Part shown: positions 12,393 through 23,930 of the stretch, piece by piece | How positions within the stretch are numbered: position 1 is the stretch's first letter | Layout of the letters: every line of letters starts with the position of its first letter | Source: Trichinella spiralis | Lineage: Eukaryota | Assembly (NCBI RefSeq): GCF_000181795.1 | Contig: NW_003526948.1 | Coordinates: 2,782,327 to 2,846,326 of the forward strand | DNA length: 64,000 nucleotides | Direction: 5' to 3' | Position numbers and translations under genes: made by a program | Notes under the pieces: model-generated | What the model saw: only the letters and a program-made list of their open reading frames with translations | Databases searched by the model: none | What the model was told of the DNA's origin: nothing

Positions 12393-13238
12393 ATGATGGC
12401 TTCTTTGCCAAACTCAACAGTTCAGCAGTTTACACAGTCTAGGCAAGAACGATTCCAAACTTCACAAACTGCTTATGTGGGTGGTACAACCGTTTATCCT
12501 AGGATGCCAGTACAAGAGTTGAATCCGTCGCATCCAAGACAATTTGCTGCTGTACGTAAAGCGATTCTACCAAATATTCAACCTAGAGACGGTGGAACTG
12601 CGCAGTACTTGCCACGTCTGGCTCCTAAACCAAGCGTGACCACATATTCTTATTCACCGACTTCAGTTATGGTTAGCACTTCAAATCAGCATTCAATGCA
12701 ACCTCAGTTCACGATTCATCCGACTCAGCATGCATATCCGGGTTATTTTCAACAACGTCAGCGTGGATGTGTAGTTTATGAATCAGCTGCAGCTTTGCGC
12801 TCGCCCCAAGTACGACAGCAGCAGTCTTCACAACAGCAAAAGTCAATTGCAAATGACCAACAAACGGCTAGTGGAACAAGCAATTTGGAAACAAGCAAGC
12901 AAACACATAACCAAAGCTTAATTAGTCAAGAGCGCCTTGACGCTTTGCTTCGTGAGGTTGATCCAAACGCAACGCTTGATGACGAGACCAGACGCGCTCT
13001 CATGAGATATGCTGATGATTACATTAACGATATCCTTGAACGTTCGTTACGACTTGCTGTGCATCGCGATTCCAATGTCTTGGAAGTTAAAGATGTAGCA
13101 TGCTCTTTGAAAACTCGGTATTCGTTGGTTATTCCAGGATTCTGCGATGACACTGGCAAATCAACGAAAAAAGCGTTGCTGGACGAGGCACATGAGCAAC
13201 GTATAGCTTCGGCAAAAAAAGCTGTGAAACGTTGGTAA
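12393..13238 (+). CDS. TAF12: TFIID subunit 12 (histone fold), single coding exon, 281 aa
   Basis: Q/P/S-rich N-terminus, then RLDALLREVDPNATLDDETRRALMRYADDYINDILERSLRLAVHRDSNVLEVKDV...IPGF...EAHEQRIA, the TAF12 histone-fold signature. Confidence 0.93.
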   Translation: MMASLPNSTVQQFTQSRQERFQTSQTAYVGGTTVYPRMPVQELNPSHPRQFAAVRKAILPNIQPRDGGTAQYLPRLAPKPSVTTYSYSPTSVMVSTSNQHSMQPQFTIHPTQHAYPGYFQQRQRGCVVYESAAALRSPQVRQQQSSQQQKSIANDQQTASGTSNLETSKQTHNQSLISQERLDALLREVDPNATLDDETRRALMRYADDYINDILERSLRLAVHRDSNVLEVKDVACSLKTRYSLVIPGFCDDTGKSTKKALLDEAHEQRIASAKKAVKRW

Positions 13239-13769
13239 ATGTGGAAATAGAGGCATCATTCATGCTGATCATTACATAAATTATGTTTCACGAATTTAGT
13301 TAAAGTACAATTTCATTTTTAAGGCAACAGACATACAGTTGATTTATCATGTGTTTATCTGCTGTCTTATTCATAAATAAATATTTGAAAAAATGATGGA
13401 AATTGTTTAATATTTACATTTCTTCAAATGGAATGGATAGTAAATTTTGACGTGCATTTGTATATAAATACATATTAATTTTAATACATTTACCTGTAAA
13501 TGTGCGCCCTTGCTTTACGTATTATAAGAACTCCTTGTTATTTCAACACAGCAATTTTTCGGTACAGTTTTATATTTTAAAATAATTATCTTTACAAAAA
13601 GCATGTTTCATTTTACGGTGTTTATTTTATAAATGAACTGTTATTATATTTATTTCATTAATAGATACCATTTAATTATATAAATTATTTTATAAAGTTA
13701 TCAGATGAACTATAAATAAATGTCATCAGCTATTTGATGGCAACAGCAACAAATTTTATTCATTACACG

Positions 13770-14001
13770 TGTTGTCGAAAAGAAGCCCACTTTCTATTAG
13801 GATACTCAAGTTTCTTATTCTGAGCGGGATTTATTCTATTAAGGAGTTTTACAAACACGCACGCAATCTCAAATATCGCACATGCACACACAGACATGTC
13901 GAAGCTCTCTTTTCATCTATATATATACATATCACACTATACTACAGTAAGAAGTCCCTTTTTGATATACAGGTACAAAGTATATTACAGAATTCTCAAG
14001 A
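13770..14001 (-). repeat. 3' LTR, internally deleted (about 230 bp)
   Basis: About 8 mismatches to the 5' LTR over the first 79 nt. It lacks the segment corresponding to about 16145-16315, and one terminus is mutated (TCTTGAG vs TGTTAG). Confidence 0.82.
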
Positions 14002-14928
14002 TACCGCCGCCATGGACGAAGTCCATCATAGATTAGATTTTTCAATCAAATAGAATTCTCTTACCAATCGTGTGTATATGCCTTGGGCGCTTTTCATATT
14101 CGCGGATCGTACAATGCCATCTCATCCTTCATAGCATTCAATGATTCGGTCAAGAGAATATAGGTTCTTGGGTACGCCTTCTTGCTTCATCAACAAAATG
14201 TCCCTTTCTTCGTTCTCTGTTTCTGGCGTATCCACTTGTTTCGCTGCACAGAATTCACCATATATTCAGTGCGCCAACGCTTGCAAAATTGTGACACTGT
14301 TCTCTGCTGATATTGCCATCGTCTCGTCAAGTCACTCTTTTGTTGCAGATCAAACCCAGGATCTAATTTCAAACGATTCTCAAACTGCTGCAAACGTTGC
14401 AGCGTTCAACTAAAAATAATGGACAACGGTGGCACATTCTTCTTCCATATTTTCCGGATATCGTATCGATCGTCATCTGCTACTTGCACCTACATTGTTT
14501 GTGTTGAGTTTTTGATCAGTTCGATCTGCATTATCACGTAAATCGAGACAACAGACGTAAGATCGGGTAACACAAACACAACAGCTAGAGAGAGGATTCA
14601 AAGAAGCACCACAAAGAAATTAACGGAACTAAGTTTTACTAGCACGCAAGGTACATTCACAAACATACGCAAACGAATGTTTATTTATCTATAAGTGTAT
14701 ATACACATGTATATGCATCCACACAGTAATACAGTATAATGATTATCATGTTTCAACAAGAATTGTTCATCAACAGTTTGGATATGCGGTTGTTGGTTAA
14801 ACGGTGCCTTAACACACAGTAGTTTGAGAATAGACACAATACCATCTCATCCATCACGATGACCGTCTTTCAATAAAGGATGATACCTGGATTGATCACT
14901 CTTATGACAATCGACGCCACGTACATTC

Positions 14929-15536
14929 CACACTGCTACGTACTTCACACATCTCTCGATGCGGTGCGAATCTTCGCATATAGGACACAGGAACGTCTGC
15001 TTGGTTGTCACTACTAAAGCTGAAAAAGCTGACGGGGAAATGGGCATTCACCACTTTTATGACCTTTCGTATTGGAATTACTCTCTGAGTGAGTATTCCA
15101 CGAGCGTTGAATATTCGGCTCTTGTTATTTATGCCAATCGTCGCCTTTATGATTTTGCGTCAGGATCTGGAACGCAGATTGCGTCGTTTTACATCTTGCA
15201 TCGATCTGAGGTTGCACATTGCCACGTATTTTACACATCTCTCGATGCGGTGCGAATCTTCGCATATAGGACACCGGAACTTCTGCTTGGTTGTCACTAC
15301 TAAAGCTGAAAAAGCTGACGGGGAAATGGGCATTCACCACTTTTATCACCTTTCGCATTGGAATTACTCTCTGAGTGAGTATTCCTCGAGCGTTGAATAT
15401 TCGGCTCTTGTCATTTATGCCAATCGTCGCCTTTATGATTTTGCGTTAGGATCTGGAACGCAAATTGCGTCGTTTCACATTCTTCCATCGATCTGAGGTT
15501 GCACACTGCCACGTATTTTACACATCTCTCGATGCG

Positions 15537-15540
<4 letters not shown>
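14929..15540. repeat. Tandem duplication, period 286-287 bp, about 2.1 copies, covering the gag zinc-knuckle region
   Basis: The marker CATCTCTCGATGCGGTGC recurs at 14950, 15236 and 15523. Copies are near-identical and the array ends at a (TA)n tract. Confidence 0.93.

Positions 15541-15570
<30 letters not shown>
15541..15570. repeat. (TA)n microsatellite
   Basis: 15 AT units read directly. Confidence 0.95.
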
Positions 15571-15574
<4 letters not shown>

Positions 15575-16037
15575 GATAAATAGTAAAGCTTAGAATAAAA
15601 AAGTGACCATTAAAAAGAAACCAAAATTTGACAAATAGAATGCATAACAATGACAACCAGTAAAATTCATGTTCGGAACAGCGAGTAAAATTCATCGCAA
15701 CAACAACTAATGAAATTTAGCCGTCGTGTAAACCAATGAAATTTATACCCAATTAGAGTTCTACGCAAAATTGACAACCAATCAAAGTGTGAAGCGGCAT
15801 ATCTTTGATGTAAACTGGGAATCTACCCCAGTTTCTTCGTACGAAAGCTGAAGCCGATAGGATTCCTCTTACCTTCGTTCTCAAATACTGACTTGATGAT
15901 ATTCGGTTTAGCATTCTGTTTGATATAATCTTCTATCATACGTAACCAATGATTCCGACGACGATGTTCCACATCTCTTTTCTTCGCAATCGCTGCCATG
16001 TTGTTCTATTTCAACTCTATAGATGTAATGCTTCTCT

Positions 16038-16056
16038 TTCCCGGCTTGTAGCACCA
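16038..16056 (-). promoter_or_regulatory. Primer-binding-site-like motif of the LTR element
   Basis: TGGTGCTACAAGCCGGGAA starts 8 nt after the 5' LTR. It resembles the complement of a tRNA 3' end (tRNA-Gly-like from memory, not verified). Confidence 0.6.
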
Positions 16057-16064
16057 GAAATTTA

Positions 16065-16458
16065 TGTTGTCGAAAAGAAGCCCACTTTCCAGAAGGATGC
16101 TCAGGTTTCTTACTCTGAGCGGCATTTCTTCTATTAAGGAGTTCTTCTCGACTTCGCAGGTCTCAATTCCTCTGGGAATAGTCTATTCAGAGTTCTGCAT
16201 ACAGATCATCTCTAGCGTAATCTGTTCTATAAATCGATCAAATAGTGTTTGTATGAATGATTCATTCAACAAACACTACTCTATACAAATTGAAAGATGC
16301 TGCGATAACAAAAACAATCGCACGCAATCTCAAATAGCGCACATGAACACACTGACACGTCGAAGCTCTCCTTTCATCTATATATACATGTATCACATCA
16401 AACTACAGTAAGTCTTTTTCTGATATACAGGTACAAAGTATATTACAGAATTCTAACA
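16065..16458 (-). repeat. 5' LTR (394 bp, TGTT...AACA termini)
   Basis: Begins TGTTG and ends TAACA on the plus strand. Both ends align with 13770-14001. Confidence 0.85.
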
Positions 16459-17062
16459 GTATGATTACATACAACATATTTGATGATTTGCTTTTTTTCT
16501 AAGAACCTGTAATTTAAAATAAAAGTATCACAATAAGCATTTGAAATAAAAACTGTTACATGAAAAATATGCAATTATTGAAATCTGATTTTTAGCACAC
16601 CAGTGTCAGTCATACGGTGTAAAAGATGAGTTATATTGCAACAAATAATTATTAATTATTTAATAAAAAACAGAATAGCCTAAAAATTGCTTTAATTATA
16701 GGTACTGAGCTTTATTTATTTATTAAATTCGCTTAGTTGCCATATACTGTAGTTATTACTTGCAAATCTATAAGTTAATTACAGTATGAATGATGAAGAA
16801 GGTGTATAAATCAGTGATGGATTAATTCTGAAACATGGATAATGCAGATTTTGTTAACCTATATCTTTAGTGAACGTAATTTTTGATTCTGTTATTTAAA
16901 TGCTATTGTTTTTTTATTGTAAGTTATGATAAATTATTGTTTTTAGTTTTTAACAAAGCTCTGATATTTGGGTTTATTTTGATTTTGAATCATGTTTTAG
17001 TCTTTAGAATAAATTAAATTTTTTACATTATGTTTTGAATTTACCTGTTTCAGTGATTTTGC

Positions 17063-20000
17063 ATGCCACTTGTTCGAGAACGCCAATTTGTGTTGGCAAA
17101 AAAGCAATATCTTGTTAAACTGAGACGTGATCGCTATCTTCGCGACGACATTAGTTGTGGTATTGTTGACTGTAAACTGTGTTCGGATGTGTGGAATTTA
17201 CATTTAATCAACTTGGGCAAAGTTCCGCTTTCTCCTTCGAAGGTTGTGGACGCAAGGCATATTCTGTTTCTTGATACCAACATTATTCGGCATCAAGTTG
17301 ATGTGTTGACTGATGAACGCTTTGGCAGTATAATAATCTGTAGCACTGTTTTGAAAGAATTGAAACAGTGCTTTGGACACAGGATATTCAGAACGTTTTT
17401 AAATGATGAAAAGAAATCAATTTACATTTTTAAAAATGAATTTTTTCGAGGCACATGCATTGTTAGAAATTCCGAAGAAAGTATTGATGAACGAAATGAT
17501 CGTGCAATTCGACATGCTGCTATGTGGTACTGAATTTCATGCGATTTATTGTTTTAAAAAAGGTTTAAACGGTGCTTCGTTAGGTATCGCGATCATTTGA
17601 AACAGTTGGACAGTGATGTGACAGTTGTACTGCTGTCCGATGATGAACAGATGGTTCAACGTGCAGTTGATGAAGGCTTACTTGCATTCACGCTGGAATT
17701 TTACGTATCCGGCTTTGATAATTCAGCCACGTTGTTGGATAAATTTTGGAGAGATGAAAGCAAGAAAAAATTCTTTTCAGAAGGCAGTGCTTTGTTTGAT
17801 CAACATTTGACTCTTCATGAAATGAAACTAGGCTTGGCAAATGGCTTGTACAAGCTTGGCACATTTCAAGTGTCACGAGAAAATTATCTCGAAGCTCATG
17901 TAATTCTGGAGGATGAACAAGAGAGACCAATATTTATAGAAGGTGAGTGAAAGAAAAATGAAAAATGTTTTTTGAATTTTGTTTCAGGTTTGTTGAATTT
18001 CAACCCGTGCGCTTCAAAACGATATTGTGGTGGTGCAGATGCTTCCTGAAAACGAGTGGAGTTGCCCAGCTTCAGTGTTAAGATTGCGAGAGTTCGAAAG
18101 TGAGTTACTTTTAGTGAAAACCGAGGCCGAAGACCGAGGTCGGGGGTTGTCGAACGCTAGAACTAGGGATAATATTGAGCCCACTGGAAAAGTGGTCGGA
18201 ATTTGGCGTCGGGCTTGTCGTCCAATATGCGGTGTGCTCGAGCCGGCCAGCAGTACAATTAGCAGTCAGCGTTTGTTCACGCCGTCGGACCGACGCTTGC
18301 CTAGGGTGTTGCTCGATCTGAGCGAAACAGCCCATTTGGTCGATCAGCGGATAGTGGCCACAATTGACTGCTGGCCAATCAGTTCACGTTATCCAATTGG
18401 ACATTTTGTACGCGAATTGGGAAAAATTGGAGATCGTCAGACAGAAAATGCGGCACTGCTTTTGGAACATGACGTGCCCAATAGGTGTTTCTCCAAAAGT
18501 GTGCTCGACTGTTTGCCCGAAACGCCTTGGACTATAACAGAGAAAGATTTACAAGTTAGCCGTGATTTTTTCTGTAAAACTTTTTCTACTGGAATTGATG
18601 TACTTTGTTAATATTTGTAGGAACGCGAAGATTTGCGTCACTTGACCATATGCAGTGTAGATCCACCAGGCTGTACAGATATTGACGATGCATTACATTG
18701 CGTGCAGTTGGCGAATGGTAATTTTGAAGTCGGCGTGCACATTGCCGACGTGTCGCACTTTGTCATTCCAAACTCAGCGTTAGACCAAGAAGCAGCTAAC
18801 CGTGGTACGACTGTTTATTTGGTTGACCAACGAATCGACATGCTTCCGGATTTGCTTTCATCGAAACTCTGTTCCCTGTTAGCCGAAAATGATCGGTTCG
18901 CTTTTTCGGTCATTTGGGAATTGGACCGGAATGCAAATGTCTTAAAGTGCAGATTTTGTAAAAGTATCATCCGTTCGTCAATGGCACTTACTTATGCAGA
19001 CGCGCAGTCACGATTGGATGACCCAAACATGAATGATGCAGTCACCGTAACGTTGAGGTATGGTTTCGAAATGTTTGAATATCGAAAAAAAGAGTTCATG
19101 TTGTTCTTGTTGTTGTTGTTTTTGTTGAAGAAATTTGAATAATTTGTCCAAACTGTTGAAGAAGCGACGATTAGAAAGAGGTGCTTTGACATTGGCTTCG
19201 ACGGAGGTTCGTTTCGATGTTGATTCGGAAACGTCGGATCCGATTGAGGTGCAGGCAAAGCAGATGTTTGAGACGAACTCAATGGTCGAAGAATTTATGC
19301 TGTTGGCAAATATTACCGTGGCCGAAAAGATATACACTGAATTTCCTCAGGTGGCATTGTTGCGTCGTCACCCTCCGCCGCCAGTGTCCAGTTACGAGCC
19401 GGTGGTTAAAGCGGCATCCAGACTGGGATTTGAGCTGATCGTTGACCGAGGCGGCAAAGCGTTGGCAGATTCGTTGAATAAGGCCGTTTTGGAGACGAAT
19501 CCGTATTTCAACACAATGCTGCGGATGTTGACCACGCGATGCATGACACAGGCGGTGTACTTTTGCAGCGGTTCGGTGTCGAAGGAATTGTACCTGCATT
19601 TTGGTCTGGCTTCGCCCATTTACACCCATTTCACGTCGCCAATACGTCGCTACGCTGATCTGGTGGTGCATCGGCTGCTGAGCGCGGCGTTGGATCAGAG
19701 TCGCATCGTGCCCAGCATGTTGGATCGGCGCCGTTTGGAATTGCTTTGCCAAAATTTGAATTACCGTCATCGTATGGCCCAGTACGCCGGTCGGGCTTCG
19801 GTGTCGTTGAACACGCACCTATTTTTCAAAAATCGCCTGGAACAATTGGAAGCGTACGTTCTATTTGTACGTCGGAACGCTTTGCAGTTGCTCATACCAA
19901 AGTATGGCTTGGAATCGTCCATTTTTTACGACCAAGCCCCCTGTAATACGATCACATACGATGACGATGAATGTTGCCTGCGAGCTGGTGAAATTACTAT

Positions 20001-20597
20001 TCGAAATTTTGACCCACTGCTTGTTCAGGTTGGTAGTAAATTTGTTCCTTTTGTTCGCATAGTACTAAGCTTATTTAATCTGAAACTAAAAGTACAATCA
20101 CATAAGCAGAAGCTACTGCTGCTGCTATTGATATTACTATTAATAATATTATTACTGTTGTTATTGTTATTTTTTACTGGTACAAGAAAACCAAAGCTAT
20201 ATGTTGATAACTGATGTACGTTTAGGTATGTGTAGATGAAAGCGTACCCCACCGCCCAAAATTACAAGTGAAATTAGTTAAACCATTTATATCTGGTTTC
20301 AGTGTGGATCCTCTACCAGTGCAACAGATTCCTAAGACAGGTAAAAGCAGCAACTGATGGATGTTATCACATAAGTTGTTCTTATTCATTTTACAGTAAT
20401 AGTGTGGAATTGTGTAGGAAGAGAAATTTTGATGTAAAGAACAAATAAAAATAGTTGTATTTTTAGTTGAAAATCATGTTGAAAAATCAGATGAACGGCC
20501 ACAAAGAACAGGCAAAAGAACACGAAGTCGCGCAGATGATGAAGAATATGGAAAGAAACAACGCGAGGATGTTTCACACGCTTTAACCAATGACTGA
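17063..20597 (+). CDS. DIS3: Exosome catalytic subunit DIS3/RRP44 (PIN + RNB), 7 exons, with an apparent 1-nt frameshift near 18005
   Basis: Exons 17063-17526, 17584-17942, 17988-18554, 18621-19057, 19131-20028, 20226-20340, 20467-20597. CR3 motif [12 protein letters not shown] residues FLDTN, KELK, RNDRAIR, LLSDD, RNB motifs [38 protein letters not shown]. Without the last intron the CDS stops at 20357. Confidence 0.95.
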
Positions 20598-23500
20598 CCG
20601 ATTTTCACTTCAAGTTGATCACTGCTATGAAAAGAGTATTATTGAAAAAAAATAGAAGCCTCTGATAATTATTGCTCTGGTGAAAAAAATCACGAAATGG
20701 AAAACACTTCTAAATATTATTTAATGTTCATTTGTACGATACTTATTTGTTTTGGTGTCAAGAGTAGTTGGCATTTCGTATTGTTAATTTTGTTCATGAA
20801 ATTCAATCTTAATTAAAGCAAAAAAATGTTGTAGAAGTGTAAAATAAAAACAGATAAAAATAAAACAATTGACAGTACAGTTCTGAATAATGGCATTAGA
20901 ATTTGTTGGAAATTTCAAGCGTGACTGATCGACTTTTAAGCGAAGAAAGATTAATCAGCCAGGCAGGCGTAGGAGAAAAAGTGGGAAAATTGATGAGGTC
21001 GATTTGGCGGCATTGGTGGATACGATTTGGACAATTTTGTTAGTGCGCAATTTGCAGATGCCGCTTTTTGAGAAAGTGAAAAAGCTAAATCCCCGATGGA
21101 CAGACAGAAAAGCTATCGCGAACCGACGCATCTTGCCGAAGCTTGAAAAACACGCAACATACATACATGCACAAATCAGAATACATGCATACAATCACAT
21201 ACCTTATTTGCACTTTGATCGACCGTCGTTGCAAGAAGTGGCATCTTTTTCAATTTGTCGAAAATTATTTCTGATGAACTTGAAATCGATCGAATGCAAT
21301 TTCAATTGATTTTATTTTTTATTTGTTTATTGCAATTTTTTGCTTTGCTGCTGATGCTCACTTGAAACTGTGGTAGGAGGGTTGTTGGAGATGATTTTCA
21401 AACGATTATTGCTTCACCAATCCCGGTGGACTTTGCTCTTCAGCTTTGATGGAAAAGACAAATTGCTTTTATAAAGAAATAATGATCCAATCTCAGCTTG
21501 CAATTATGATATTAAAAGTCAACCGTTTGATGGAAACTTTGTAACATAACCTATATGAAAAGTTAACATGCTCTTGGGAAAATTTGTTTACTGAACAAAT
21601 CTTTCGGGAACCGAGCAGATTATATGTACCGTAGTTATTATTGTGATTGTTTTATTCTTTTTCAATTTCATTAATACGGAAATTATTGTAAAAATATAAT
21701 AAACCAACTGGAAAAAAATCATTAACTAATATATATATATAATATATAACTCTGAAATATGAAGTTCATTTAACTAAATTTTACACCTTACGTCAATGGC
21801 ATTATTTGAAATAATAAAGAAAAATTATTTAACTTTGTATTTTTTTAAAATAAATTTACAATTTTCTTGTGTTAATGTTCATTTAATCTTTGTTCATGTA
21901 GTGCAACTGAAAAAGGTAACGTTTACCACTTAGACTGCATACATTTCATACAAACCGTACATTTATACACTATATAATTAACGTTTTATACTTGCATCCA
22001 AGAAAAGATATTCATATTAAAAAAAAAGAAAAAGAGTAAAATTCACGCATTGTATATGTTTTGAATTTGATAACATACAATCAAAGTGCAGAATGAAGTG
22101 TTATATAAATCAACATCTACACAAAGCAATGCAGCATCAACTATACACAAGTGCAAAGTAAGGCATAAAAAGAGAAAAACTTTAACGCCTGCATAAACTA
22201 AATTTAATTAATGAAAAATTTACATGCATTGAATTTTCTCATCTCATTTCATTTGTATAATGCATACAGAGCATTTGCTTTATTTTTGATATCAGTTCCG
22301 CGAAAAACTCTGAAGACAGAAACGTGTTTCAAATTGGTGAATGCTTCTCTCTTTAATAATACAGTCGGCCCTCAGTATTTGCGGATTTCAAAACCACCAA
22401 AATGATAAATCCTATTTTTAGACCCTAGTGTGCATGTATGATGTGGGTCTGCATGCTCAGTGCAAGGTTGTTTCCGCAAATGAGGTTCCTCACCATAACA
22501 GCAGTGCCAACGACTTTAACCGAAACAAAATAATCGCTACTAATGCTAAGATAAAAAAAATAAAAACGTTAGGGTGCACGGAAAGGAGGCGCTGCGAACG
22601 GGAGGTTAGCTTACGGCAGCACCGGTTCCGTAATTCCAGACGCTTGACCCAGACTGGTCAACTAGTCCGGACATGTGTGAAAGTGGAGAATTTCCGCTTT
22701 CACGCTAGCATAATCCAACAAAGCGTGAGAAAATGCAAAATTTGAATAATTACGTAATGAATGAAGTAAATACTACAGTCACAATGTTTTAAAAAACTCC
22801 ATCCACTTCTGGTAAGCTTACATGCAAGGAAACACCGATGATTTTGACTGTTATACACTCAACCAAATAAATATAAAAAATAAATACGGGATAAATGTTT
22901 AAAATACAAATCAGAAGATGGTCCGTGATATTATTCATTGCAGATACTTCAGACAATTCGGTATAATTATAAGGCATCGACTGGTTGCATGAATATAAGC
23001 GGCAAATTTTGGCGCGTTTGAGCATACCGCGAATGTTGAGGCCCGATCGTACAATATTACAAACAAGTGGGAGTTCGTACAACAAAGTAGACCATATAAA
23101 TAATTGAACAATAATTTATTATGCAAAATAGATTGTTTGTCATTCACTTTTATAATAACAGAAACTGTTGACTGAAAATTCAGCAAAGCAATTTGTAAAT
23201 AATGCTAACTACAAGTGATAATGTTAAAAAATTTGTAACTTAAGTTATTTATTTTATCAAATAAATTCCGCTCATGCTTATGCTTGGATGAACAATGCGA
23301 TGCGATGCTAAATAAACAACTGACAACATCAACATCGGGTTGTGTTGCAAAATAATTTAAATAAATTATGAATTGCTCGTTGCCTTTTCGAAATCAATCT
23401 ACTTTTATTTGATAACAAATGCAAAGAGAAATAAAGTTTACAGTTATTCCACATATGCTGATTAATGACGTTGACTGAAGATTTCTATAAAAGTGCAAAT

Positions 23501-23930
23501 AACCGTAAAAAGAAAATTGGTGTAAGTTGTGAAAATTTTACAAACAACATCGCTTTTAATTATATTTACCAAATAACTGATTGCAAAAATTATCAAAATC
23601 GGTTATACAATTTTCAAAATGCAATATTTGGAAATCGCATTAGGTGGCGCTGATGTCGACGACACCAATGAGCGTCAAGAAAGTCAACAATTAGAAATAA
23701 GGGCAGCTCAGATTGATGCAATTCAACTCATAAAGAAAAGTTCATGTCCAGAAGTCGTTATTACAATTTGGAATCGACCATTAATTTTATTCCAACACTC
23801 GATTAAAAACCCCTCCACCACCCCAGACAAATGCACAACATTGTCATTTGATAACGCGAATCTGTGACTGATAAGGATGTGTGCATTTTAAATTGTTGAT
23901 GCTTTTGTGTAGATTCACAGTCAAAACAGA

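Larger units (their letters stand above)
13770..16458 (-). mobile_element. Decayed, internally deleted BEL/Pao LTR retrotransposon
   Basis: Two related direct repeats (LTRs) at 16065-16458 and 13770-14001, PBS-like TGG motif at 16056, gag start MAAIAKKRD at 15999, gag knuckle CPICEDSHRIERC and RYHPLL, integrase C-terminal (DUF5641-like) LTRRWQYQQRTVSQFCKRWRTEYM...KW...G*DGIVRS at about 14030-14400, PPT GGCGGCGGTA before the 3' LTR. Stops and frameshifts present, no RT/RNase H, no intact TSD. Confidence 0.88.

Noticed and set aside
19279..19818. Long antisense or shifted ORFs over DIS3, Jun and jeb-like exons
   Set aside because: Shadows of GC-richer coding sequence.
22575..22635. Resemblance to U6atac (GAAAGGAG...AGGTTAGC) and to an HDV-like ribozyme P1
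   Set aside because: Spacing is wrong for U6atac, and P3/L3, P1.1 and P2 of an HDV fold cannot be built. Kept only as an unclassified structured island.
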